From: Abditibacteriaceae bacterium
GTDB taxonomy: Bacteria; Armatimonadota; Abditibacteriia; Abditibacteriales; Abditibacteriaceae
Length of the DNA: 26,082 bases
Direction of reading: 5' to 3'
Assembly (NCBI GenBank): GCA_031425655.1
Contig: JANPJS010000171.1
Location: forward strand, 1-26,082
Shown here: positions 17,086 to 25,026 of the stretch, one piece after another
Layout of the letters: every line of letters starts with the position of its first letter
How positions within the stretch are numbered: the stretch's first letter is position 1
Program-made: the position numbers and the translations under genes
Notes under the pieces: model-generated
The model's database searches: none
Told to the model about the DNA's origin: nothing
Seen by the model: the letters and a program-made list of their open reading frames with translations, nothing else

Positions 17086-19137
17086 ATGCAGCAACCGCCT
17101 TCCGTTTCGCCAGCCACCTTTGTTCCCGACGCCGACACCTCGGAATCTACGCTTGATTCGTCACGTTTAAACGCCCGCAAAATTGACCGCGCCGGGCTGT
17201 GGTCGTGCGTGCCTGTTGTTCTCTTTTGCAGTTTTGGCATAGCGTTGCGCACTCCAGAGCCGGGCGCGCAAACGCTGGCCGATTCCAGCGCCGTCGCGGC
17301 GATGCGCACGGCGGAAATCAAGCAGGGCGCGCCGCGTTTGGCCATCGCCGGAGTGCTGGCGGCGGACGAAACCATGATTACATCGCTGCGTTCGGCGGGC
17401 GGTTATGCCACGCTGCGCGGCGAATTGGCGCCGGCCATTCAAGTGCGCGGCGAAGCGCCGATTGGCGGGCGCGTGACGCAGGTTTTGGTCCGAACCGGCC
17501 AGCAAGTCCGAGTCGGCGACCCGATTATGCGCGTCGAAGGCAAAGTCAACGCGCCCGGCTCGAAGTCCGCCGAGAGAAAGCAGGACGCGGCGGAAAACGC
17601 CCAAGTCGCGGTGTCGAATCAGCAAAACACGTTGCAAAGTAAGCTGATGGCGCGTCAAACCAAGCTGCAAAAAGTGCAGCAGCGCGTCACGGCGGCCCAA
17701 AAGCGCGTGGCTTTGGCGCGCGAAGTGGTGCAGCGCATGGCGCGCGGCGAAAGCGTGACGCGCCCCGACGTGGCAGCCATCGCCACACCGCAATTATTCA
17801 CACGGCTGGCGGCGCGCGGCGCGTCTTCCAGCGCCGAGCGCGCCACAAATGCCATCCGCGAAACCGAACGGCGCGAGGCCGAGCAAGCGGCGAAGCAGTC
17901 GCGGCGCGAGGCCAAATTGGCTCTGGATGCCGCTGAATTGGCGCAGCGCGAGGCCGAGGCCGCAATCAAGCTGGCGCAGTCGAAAAAGCAGGCCGCCAAA
18001 GACGCTCAAACGCAGATTGCCAAAGCCGAAGCGCAACTGGCGGCAGGCACTCTGAAAAGCGCCGATGTCGAGGCCGCACGCGCTCTTTCAACAACGGCGC
18101 AAAATGCCGCTCAGGAAAGCGCCGCCAAAGCCGAAACGGCCCAAAAGATAGCCGATGCGCGCGAAGCCGACGCCGAAAAACTACGCGCCGCCGCGACTTT
18201 CTCCGATAAAAAACTGACGCAACTGCCGGAAGTTGAAACGCCATTGCCGACGAGCGCGCCGACAAGTTCGCCCGCGCCGCTGAGCGCCGACGAAGCCACG
18301 CAAATCGCGCAAAGTGCCATCGAGGAAAGCGCCGATGCCTCTGCCGAAGCCGAGCGACTCAAACGCGAAATCAATTCCTACGCGCGCCAGGTCAAGTCGC
18401 TTCATACAAGGCTGACTAACGCCGGGGAAAACCTGGAAGCGGCGCAAATGGATGTCGTCGAATCGAAAATAGCCGAGAAACTCGAAGCCGTTCGCTCGCC
18501 GGCCAGCGGCATCGTTTTGAATGTCGCCGCGTCGTCGAGTCAGGTGTCGCAGGGAGAAACCATCATCGCGATTGGGCGCCCCGATCAACTGGAAATTCGC
18601 TTTGAGGACGTTTCCGACGCCTGGAAATCGCTGAAACCGGGCGCTTTGCTGCCCGCCGTGGTGCAATCCGGCAGCGAGGCGATCCCCATAATGGCCGAAT
18701 TGCGCGAAATTACCGCGCCGAAAACAGCGGGCGCCGCCGCGATTTTGTTGACAAATATCGCTAATCCACGGGCGGAAAACCGCAGCGGGCGACGTTTTCA
18801 GTCGGGCTTGAAAGTGACGTGTTCGATTCCGCGTCCCGGCACGCGCGAAGCTCTCAGCGTGCCGTCCACCGCGCTCTGGCGCGACGAAAGCGGCAAAAAT
18901 CTTGTCGCCGTGCTGTCGCCGCTTGTTCATGCGGTGCCCAGCGCGACCGATATTTTGGCTCCGACCGATTTGTATCGCGTGGAATGGCGCGCCGTGACGA
19001 CCGGATTGGGCGATGGCGTGGCGCGTGAAATTGACGGCGGCTTACAGCCCGGCGAGCGTATCGCGCTGCGCGCCGAACCGCTGCGCCAACTCACGCAAAC
19101 TCACGGCCCCGACGCCGTTGTCAAACTGAGCGCCTAA
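17086..19137 (+). CDS. Membrane-fusion (periplasmic adaptor/HlyD-like) protein with a very long Ala-rich coiled coil
   Basis: N-terminal hydrophobic helix. Split lipoyl-like halves (APIGGRVTQVLVRTGQQVRVGDPI; VRSPASGIV). Membrane-proximal VPSTAL...VTTGL...GLQPGERI. Start could alternatively be TTG 17065. Confidence 0.7.
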   Translation: MQQPPSVSPATFVPDADTSESTLDSSRLNARKIDRAGLWSCVPVVLFCSFGIALRTPEPGAQTLADSSAVAAMRTAEIKQGAPRLAIAGVLAADETMITSLRSAGGYATLRGELAPAIQVRGEAPIGGRVTQVLVRTGQQVRVGDPIMRVEGKVNAPGSKSAERKQDAAENAQVAVSNQQNTLQSKLMARQTKLQKVQQRVTAAQKRVALAREVVQRMARGESVTRPDVAAIATPQLFTRLAARGASSSAERATNAIRETERREAEQAAKQSRREAKLALDAAELAQREAEAAIKLAQSKKQAAKDAQTQIAKAEAQLAAGTLKSADVEAARALSTTAQNAAQESAAKAETAQKIADAREADAEKLRAAATFSDKKLTQLPEVETPLPTSAPTSSPAPLSADEATQIAQSAIEESADASAEAERLKREINSYARQVKSLHTRLTNAGENLEAAQMDVVESKIAEKLEAVRSPASGIVLNVAASSSQVSQGETIIAIGRPDQLEIRFEDVSDAWKSLKPGALLPAVVQSGSEAIPIMAELREITAPKTAGAAAILLTNIANPRAENRSGRRFQSGLKVTCSIPRPGTREALSVPSTALWRDESGKNLVAVLSPLVHAVPSATDILAPTDLYRVEWRAVTTGLGDGVAREIDGGLQPGERIALRAEPLRQLTQTHGPDAVVKLSA

Positions 19138-19157
19138 GTTCAACCTACGGAAGTTCC

Positions 19158-20585
19158 ATGCTGAAATTGCCCCTTGCTCCCGCCTTCTTAGCTTTCACCG
19201 GCGTTTCGCTGACTTTGTGCGGCGCCCATGCCGCGCCCCACGCCGCGCGCCTCACGTCACCGATTCCGGCCTCGTTGAGCGCGCTGCAAACACTGCGCGG
19301 CCTGCCGCAACTGGCGACGGCGGGGCTTGATTTCGGCGATACCGCCTTTACGCACGCGGTTACCGAATTGGAGCAGCGCCGGCTGGCACAGGCGCGAGCC
19401 GAGCGTAAGGTCGCACGCGGCGCGCTTTCGCGCAAGTCGCTCGAAACTTTTCGGGATGCGACGCGAAAAGCGCAAGCGTTGGTAGAAAAACTCCGAGGTT
19501 TGCGCGCCGCCCGCGCGGTGGCCGATAGCGTGGTTATCGTGGTTGACGGCGGCGGAATCAACACGTTTTCGCCCGATGCAGCCGCTTCGCCGGTATCATC
19601 GATTGTCACGCCGTCAGGAACCGCAAATATCATCAACGCACCGCGCACGGCTCGTGCGATGCTTCCCAGCACCAGCGTTTCCGTTTCCGTCACGCCGTCG
19701 GCGCAAGGAAGCGGCGCGGCCCTGCCTTCCGAGATTGTTGCCGCGCCGCCTCGCGTGCCACAAACCGTGACCGCGCGGGCACTTTTAGCCGCCTCGCCGT
19801 CGCTAATGCGACCCGAATTGCTGCGCGACGGCAGCATCAGCGCGCCGGCTTTTGGCAAGCGCGCCTTGTTGGAATTACCGCAGAAAGCCGGTGCGCGTCC
19901 TGCCACGATACCGCTCGCCTCGTTGCCCGCAGCGTTGATTGTTCCTAAAATCACGGCGCCAAAAGTCACGCCGCCCCCCATTTCGGTTCTTGCCGAAGTG
20001 CGCCCGGCGCCGAACGGAATCAAACCGGCGCGGAATACGCAAAATCAGGATCGCACTCGTTTGGCGCAACTCGAAGCGCAGCTTAATTCCGCGCAAAAGC
20101 GCCTGAACGCCGCAGACGCGGCATTGAGCGTAGGCCAGCGCCAGTTGGCCCAATTCGCCGGCACGCTGCGCCAGGCGATGCTCGAAGCCGGCCCGGAAGC
20201 GACGGGTTTGCATCCTTTTGTCAAAGTCTCGGAAAAATACGCCGGCACGCCTTACGTTTGGGGCGGCGAATCGCGCCGCGGCTTCGATTGTTCGGGCCTT
20301 ATTATTCTCGTCATGCGCGAACTGGGATACAAAACGCTGCCTCACTCGGCGGCGGAGCAGTTTAAATACGGCGTTTCCATCGCACAGCCGCTTCTCAAGC
20401 CCGGCGACCTGGTTTTCTTCGCCAACACTTACAAACCCGGCATCTCGCACGTCGGCATTTATCTGGGCAAGCGCCGCTTCATCCACGCCGCCGGAACGGG
20501 CAAAGGCACCATTGTTTCCTCGCTCGACACCGCGAAATTCCAAGCGAAATACGCCGGTGGCCGCCGCCTTGTGCAAGCGCGCTAA
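19158..20585 (+). CDS. Secreted NlpC/P60 (C40) peptidoglycan endopeptidase
   Basis: Signal peptide, Pro/Ala-rich linker and coiled coil. C-terminal GTPYVWGG...FDCSGL, PGDLVFF, SHVGIYLG and FIHA give the Cys-His-His triad. Confidence 0.92.
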   Translation: MLKLPLAPAFLAFTGVSLTLCGAHAAPHAARLTSPIPASLSALQTLRGLPQLATAGLDFGDTAFTHAVTELEQRRLAQARAERKVARGALSRKSLETFRDATRKAQALVEKLRGLRAARAVADSVVIVVDGGGINTFSPDAAASPVSSIVTPSGTANIINAPRTARAMLPSTSVSVSVTPSAQGSGAALPSEIVAAPPRVPQTVTARALLAASPSLMRPELLRDGSISAPAFGKRALLELPQKAGARPATIPLASLPAALIVPKITAPKVTPPPISVLAEVRPAPNGIKPARNTQNQDRTRLAQLEAQLNSAQKRLNAADAALSVGQRQLAQFAGTLRQAMLEAGPEATGLHPFVKVSEKYAGTPYVWGGESRRGFDCSGLIILVMRELGYKTLPHSAAEQFKYGVSIAQPLLKPGDLVFFANTYKPGISHVGIYLGKRRFIHAAGTGKGTIVSSLDTAKFQAKYAGGRRLVQAR

Positions 20586-20588
20586 GCC

Positions 20589-21617
20589 ATGCTGAACAAG
20601 GCCGCGCCGCTTGCCACGCCGAAACATGATCTGCGGCGACGGCGTTTGGTGCGAGCTGTAATTGGCCTGCTTTGCGGCTTTTTAGCCGCCATTTACTGGT
20701 TTTTTACCACACCAACTTCAGGCGGCGGACAGCCGGACGGCTTTTGGGCCGCGCGCTTGAAAAATCAAGTTTACGCTTCGCTCGACCCGCGCGATGAAAT
20801 CGGTTTCGCGCGCCTGACCGCAGGCAATATGCCCGGATGGCATAGCGCGGTCGCCGAGCCGGTGCAGACTTTCCAAGCCTATCGTCGCTTGCGTCCCGTG
20901 CGGCCTACTTCAGCGCGGCGCACCATCGTTTTGCAGCCCATCGGCCCTTTCGATGCCGAGCGCACGCGCCTTTTGCGTGATCTGCGTGATTTTTGCGCGG
21001 CTTATTATCAATTGCCGGTGCGCATCGCGCCGCCGCTCAGCCTCGAAATCGGCGCCGCGCACCGCCCTTCGCGCGCTCCTAATCCCAACGCCGTTGTCGG
21101 ACGCGGACAATACAAAGCCACTGATTTCCTCGGCCTTTTAGCGCAGCGTCTGCCCGACGATGCCGTGCTTTATTTAGGCGTGACGATGGCCGATTTATGG
21201 AGCGAGGGTCTCAATTACGTTTTCGGTCAGGGCAGCTTGGTCACACGCACCGGCATTTACAGTTTGTGCCGCTATTATCCTGAATTCTGGAAGCAACCAC
21301 GCCGCAAAGGCGATGAAACCGTGGCCCTGCGCCGCGCCTGTCAGGTTTTGGCTCACGAAAGCGGGCATATGTTCGGCCTGCCGCACTGCGTCTTTTTTCG
21401 CTGCGTCATCAACGGCGCGGTCAGTTTGGGCGATGCCGACGCTTCGCCGCTCGATTTCTGCCCCGTTTGCCACCAGAAAATCCTGTGGAATCTCGGCTGC
21501 GACGGCACCAAACGCTACGCCGATTTGCTGGCCTTTTATCGCCGTCACGGCTTAACCAAAGAAGCGCAATGGACAGCCGCGCGCCTGCAAAACTGGCGCA
21601 AAGTGAAGCAGCAATGA
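20589..21617 (+). CDS. Membrane-anchored archaemetzincin-family (M54) zinc metalloprotease
   Basis: N-terminal transmembrane helix, NYVFGQ, HESGHMFGLPHC-x4-C...CPVC. Confidence 0.85.
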   Translation: MLNKAAPLATPKHDLRRRRLVRAVIGLLCGFLAAIYWFFTTPTSGGGQPDGFWAARLKNQVYASLDPRDEIGFARLTAGNMPGWHSAVAEPVQTFQAYRRLRPVRPTSARRTIVLQPIGPFDAERTRLLRDLRDFCAAYYQLPVRIAPPLSLEIGAAHRPSRAPNPNAVVGRGQYKATDFLGLLAQRLPDDAVLYLGVTMADLWSEGLNYVFGQGSLVTRTGIYSLCRYYPEFWKQPRRKGDETVALRRACQVLAHESGHMFGLPHCVFFRCVINGAVSLGDADASPLDFCPVCHQKILWNLGCDGTKRYADLLAFYRRHGLTKEAQWTAARLQNWRKVKQQ

Positions 21618-21652
21618 CGCGAATTGAAGAAATAAAGTCGCTCCGCCACGAT

Positions 21653-21683
21653 TTCAACCTGCTCGACAACCGGCCTTTTGTGT
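21653..21683 (+). repeat. 31-bp direct repeat, left of the TA module
   Basis: TTCAACCTGCTCGACAACCGGCCTTTTGTGT, 30/31 identical to 22295-22325. Confidence 0.9.
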
Positions 21684-21702
21684 GAAATGTAAACTTCTCA
21701 CC

Positions 21703-21948
21703 ATGAAAAACAGCACCTTAAATTGGGATCGTGTGGTGGATGAGTTGGCGGAGATGCCGCCGCGCCGCCTAAAGTCGTTCTTGGAAAAGCTGCAAAAGCG
21801 CCGTCGTGCAATCGTGCAGCGCGAAGGCTATGCGGCACTTGCTAAGCTTTCTTTCGACGATGTGCCTGCCGCTGACGACTGGCTTACATTAGAAAATGAA
21901 GCCTTGCGTTTGGTGGAGGCTGAGATTCATGCGAATTCACAAAGGTGA
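21703..21948 (+). CDS. Putative antitoxin
   Basis: 81-aa ORF with an acidic C-terminal half, directly upstream of and overlapping the MazF-like toxin by 20 nt. Confidence 0.65.
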   Translation: MKNSTLNWDRVVDELAEMPPRRLKSFLEKLQKRRRAIVQREGYAALAKLSFDDVPAADDWLTLENEALRLVEAEIHANSQR

Positions 21949-22268
21949 CGTTTCCCTCGCCGACCTCGACCCGGCTTTCGGGCACGAGCAGCAGGGCAAG
22001 CGCCCGGTGCTGATCGTGCAAAATAACATCGCCAATCAAGAATTACTCACCGTGATGGTGGCGCTACTAACATCCAACACGCAGGCCGCGTTTCCCCTCG
22101 ACGGTGCTGATCGCCTCTGGCGAAGCTGGTTTGACAAAAGATTCCGTCGCCCTGATTTTTCAAACGCGCACACTCGACAAACGGCGTTTAGAAAAACGCT
22201 GGGGCCGCGTTTCCGCCGCTACGATGGAAACCATCAACGCCGCCATCCGCGAAAGTTTTGATGTCTGA
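21929..22268 (+). pseudogene. mazF: MazF/PemK-family toxin with one frameshift near 22086-22100
   Basis: First frame: MRIHKGDVSLADLDPAFGHEQQGKRPVLIVQNN...LTS. The +1 frame continues FPSTVLIASGEAGLTKDSVALIFQTRTLDKRRLEKRWGRVS...FDV*, the canonical MazF C-terminal half. Confidence 0.85.
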
Positions 22269-22294
22269 AACCGGACCAACGAAACCGTCGCGCC

Positions 22295-22325
22295 TTCAAC
22301 CTGCCCGACAACCGGCCTTTTGTGT
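22295..22325 (+). repeat. 31-bp direct repeat, right of the TA module
   Basis: TTCAACCTGCCCGACAACCGGCCTTTTGTGT. Confidence 0.9.
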
Positions 22326-22367
22326 AAATTTAGCCGAGCCAGTAACACAGCCGTAGGCGTCACCAAA

Positions 22368-22410
22368 GCAAAAGCGCGCCGCCTGAGAACTTCAGGCGGC
22401 GCGCTTTTGC
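22368..22410. terminator. Bidirectional intrinsic terminator between convergent units
   Basis: Perfect 19-bp stem GCAAAAGCGCGCCGCCTGA / TCAGGCGGCGCGCTTTTGC with a 5-nt loop. Confidence 0.85.
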
Positions 22411-22420
22411 GTCTGGTGTC

Positions 22421-22897
22421 TCAAGCGCCGAGCGTTTTTTTGCCGCCGGTTTTATGCACCCAAATGTCGTAGATGGCTTTAAAGGCTTGCGCGCCGCCTG
22501 TGCTTTCAAACGGCATCACGTTGTCTACGTGATCTTTGGCCAGCTTCATTCGCTGGCCGACTTCGGCGGTGCGGCCATTGTTGGTGGTTTTGAAGTGAAT
22601 CGCAATCTTCACGTTGATGGCCGCGCTCTGGATTTTCATGTCGGTGATGCCCTCGTAAGGATATTCCTTGACGCTGGCGCCGGTCGCACCGGCCTGCGAG
22701 TCGCCGGTTTTCACCGATAACACGCGCAAAGGCGTGGCGATTATGGTAACGCTGGAACCTTCGTTGGAAATCATCACCAAAACCGGCTCGTTGGCGCCTA
22801 AAATTGGGCGCACGGCTTGTTTGGCGGCATCGGGAATCGGAAAGCGCACCGGCTCGAAGCCGTCCGGCAGTCCCCATAAATTGGCGGCGTCACTCAT
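22421..22897 (-). CDS. Hypothetical protein, possibly bacterial PH-domain fold
   Basis: ILGANEPVLV...IIATPLRVLSVK...KEYPYEGITDMKI resembles the bPH pattern (E.v...aT..Rl....p...I..v). Confidence 0.55.
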   Translation of the reverse strand: MSDAANLWGLPDGFEPVRFPIPDAAKQAVRPILGANEPVLVMISNEGSSVTIIATPLRVLSVKTGDSQAGATGASVKEYPYEGITDMKIQSAAINVKIAIHFKTTNNGRTAEVGQRMKLAKDHVDNVMPFESTGGAQAFKAIYDIWVHKTGGKKTLGA

Positions 22898-22904
22898 AGT
22901 TTTT

Positions 22905-22975
22905 AGGGGCTGGGGGTTAGAGGCTGGAGGCTGGTATTTCCGATTCCAGTCTCCAGCCTCTAATCCCCAGCCCCT
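22905..22975. repeat. Inverted heptamer tandem repeat (GGCTGGR-type)
   Basis: AGGGGCTGGGGGTTAGAGGCTGGAGGCTGG paired with CCAGTCTCCAGCCTCTAATCCCCAGCCCCT. Confidence 0.8.
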
Positions 22976-22979
22976 CTCC

Positions 22980-23771
22980 TTATTTGGCGTCTTTAGCGCA
23001 GCGAAAGCCGATCCACTCCGAGCGATTTTGCGGTCGGGCTACGCTGCGATACGCGGAATTATAAATCCAAGGAAAGCCGGGCAGCGAATCGAAGCCTCCG
23101 CCGCGCACGACTTTGTATTTCTTGCCGAATTCGGGCAATTGCTGCGGCGATGCGGGGTATGCCAGATACCAGTCGGCGACCCATTCAAACACGTTGCCGG
23201 CCATATCCAACGCGCCGTAAGGCGAAGCGCCGTCGGGTTTGCTGCCGACGGGCTGCGGCTTAAGCTGGCGTGTGACCACGCGGTCGGCGTCCCAAACTGC
23301 GCCCCACGGAAACATACGCGCATCGGTGCCGCGCGCCGTTTTTTCCCATTCGGCTTCGGCAGGCAGCCTTTTTCCGGTCCACGCCGCGTAAGCGTTCGCT
23401 TCCCACCAGCTTACGTGCGTGACCGCCACAGCGTCTTCGCCGGCGGGAAACGTGTTGTTTTTCCAGTGCGGCGGCAAGCTTTGGCCCGTCGCCTCGCAGA
23501 ATTTCTTGTATTGCGCGTTGGTCACTTCGGTTTTGTCAACGTAAAACGCCGGCAGGTTGACTTTGTGTTCCGGCTGCGCGTCGCTGAAAAGGCGAATGTC
23601 GTGGGTGCCGTGCAAATCGCCGCGAATGCTGCCCATCGTGAACTCGCCCGCCGGAACGTAGACCATGCCTTCCGGCGTTTTTTTCGCTAAAGGATCGTCC
23701 TGCGATGCCGCCGGGCTTTGTCCCAGCGATGCAAATAAAAGAAGGTAAAGCGTGTTGCGAAGGAGCTTCAT
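22980..23771 (-). CDS. Secreted formylglycine-generating-enzyme (SUMF1/FGE-sulfatase) fold protein
   Basis: MVYVPAGEFTMGS, TEVTNAQY, RLPAEAEWEK, GALDMAGNVFEW, VVRGG and IGFRC. Signal peptide from MKLLRN. Lacks the catalytic Cys pair of true FGE. Confidence 0.88.
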   Translation of the reverse strand: MKLLRNTLYLLLFASLGQSPAASQDDPLAKKTPEGMVYVPAGEFTMGSIRGDLHGTHDIRLFSDAQPEHKVNLPAFYVDKTEVTNAQYKKFCEATGQSLPPHWKNNTFPAGEDAVAVTHVSWWEANAYAAWTGKRLPAEAEWEKTARGTDARMFPWGAVWDADRVVTRQLKPQPVGSKPDGASPYGALDMAGNVFEWVADWYLAYPASPQQLPEFGKKYKVVRGGGFDSLPGFPWIYNSAYRSVARPQNRSEWIGFRCAKDAK

Positions 23772-23783
23772 GCCTTTAAAACG

Positions 23784-23821
23784 ACACATTGCGGAATGCG
23801 AAGTTGCATCCCGCAATGTGT
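23784..23821. other. Intergenic hairpin
   Basis: ACACATTGCGGAATGC-GAAGTT-GCATCCCGCAATGTGT, one mismatch, no clear U-tract. Confidence 0.6.
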
Positions 23822-23839
23822 TCCAAGCTCCGACGACGC

Positions 23840-24865
23840 CTAACCGGCGGGCAGTTCGCCGCGCTGCGCCATCTGGATCATCTGCACCGCTGCCGGCCCC
23901 AAAATCACGATAAACAACGCCGGAAAAATCAGCAAAACCAGAGGCAGCATCATCTTGACCGGCAGTTTGCCGGCTTGCTCCTTGATGAAGGCCATGCGGC
24001 GCTCGCGGATTTCCTGCGCTTGCAAACGCAGCGCGCTCGCCAGACCGATGCCGGTTTTGCTGGCCTGATCAATCGAAGCCACCAGAAGCGACATATCGGG
24101 CATTTTGACGCGCTCGGCCATGTCGCGGAAGGCATCGCCCTGCGGCTTGCCGACGCGCACTTCGTCCAAGACGCGGCGCAATTCATCGGTCAGAGGGCCG
24201 CTGGTTTTGCTGACGGCTTCGCCCACCGCCATGTCGAAACCCAGCCCGGCTTCGATGGAAAGCACGATCAAATCCACTACGTCGGCCATAGCTTTACGAA
24301 TGAGCTTGATGCGCTTGCCGACAATGCGGCGCAGCCAGAATCCGGGGCCGGAATAGCCCAAAAACGCGAAAACCAGCACCCAGAGCAAGTAACCCATCGT
24401 CGCCAGTTGCGGGTCGGACGGCACGCCCGCGAAGTTCAAAACCATGTTGATGGCCGGCACCATCGTGAAGATGGCAAATATGAAAAGCGTGGCCAGAGCC
24501 AGCACTTTCAAGCCCATGAATTCGGGATAATTCATGCCCAGAGGATGCCCGGCCTGTTCCAGCATATCGCGGATTTGCTGCCCGGCGGCGTTGTTGGCGC
24601 GCGACTTCATTTTGCGCCCCATTTTTTGTAGCACAGGCGAGATAAGGCGTTGCGCTAAGCTTTTGCCCATCTCTTCGGCCTTGCGCTCCGCGACGAGGTC
24701 GTCCATTTCGTCTTCGGTCGGCCCGGCCAAAGCTTCGGCCATGCGCTTTTGAAACGTGGTCTTGACCAGACGCGACGAAATCCAGAAGCCCATGCACACG
24801 AAAAAGCCCAGCCACACCAGAATGATGATGGGCAACAGCGCCGGAAGATTGTTGACTGCGTTCAT
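23840..24865 (-). CDS. tadC: Tad pilus assembly protein TadC (T2SS F family)
   Basis: DLIVLSIEAGLGFDMA, GPLTDELRRVLDEVRVG, LRLQAQEIRERR and KLPVKMMLPLVLLIFPALFIVILGPA. RBS AAGGAG. Confidence 0.92.
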   Translation of the reverse strand: MNAVNNLPALLPIIILVWLGFFVCMGFWISSRLVKTTFQKRMAEALAGPTEDEMDDLVAERKAEEMGKSLAQRLISPVLQKMGRKMKSRANNAAGQQIRDMLEQAGHPLGMNYPEFMGLKVLALATLFIFAIFTMVPAINMVLNFAGVPSDPQLATMGYLLWVLVFAFLGYSGPGFWLRRIVGKRIKLIRKAMADVVDLIVLSIEAGLGFDMAVGEAVSKTSGPLTDELRRVLDEVRVGKPQGDAFRDMAERVKMPDMSLLVASIDQASKTGIGLASALRLQAQEIRERRMAFIKEQAGKLPVKMMLPLVLLIFPALFIVILGPAAVQMIQMAQRGELPAG

Positions 24866-24878
24866 GATTGCTCCTTCG

Positions 24879-25026
24879 GGGGGTTTTGGGTTTTGGGTGT
24901 TGGGTGTTAGGTTGTGGATTCTGAACCAAGACGATCATGCCCACACCCACGACATAGCACCCAAAACCTAACACCCAAAACCCAACACCCAAAACCCAAA
25001 ACCCAAAACCCAAAACCCAAAACCTA
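24879..25026. repeat. Inverted heptamer tandem repeat (GGGTTTT)n / (CCCAAAA)n
   Basis: About five GGGTKTT-like units, a spacer, then about nine CCCAAAA-like units between tadB and tadC. Confidence 0.88.

Noticed and set aside
21653..22325. Integron cassette interpretation of the TA module
   Set aside because: The repeats are short, not palindromic, lack attC RYYYAAC/GTTRRRY ends, and no intI is present.
22980..23771. FGE-fold gene as a diversity-generating retroelement target
   Set aside because: No reverse transcriptase and no template repeat differing at adenines was seen in the window.
24532..24550. 16/19 match to the 19-nt micro-element inside tadC (TCATGCCCAGAGGATGCCC)
   Set aside because: It encodes GHPLGM at a position where TadC proteins normally have an AG.P-type turn, the hairpin is broken, and there is no empty-site control. 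An ortholog alignment showing a 5-aa insertion would reverse this.
22668..24631. 340-aa and 280-aa plus-strand ORFs
   Set aside because: Antisense to well-supported genes, and one runs through an intergenic repeat.
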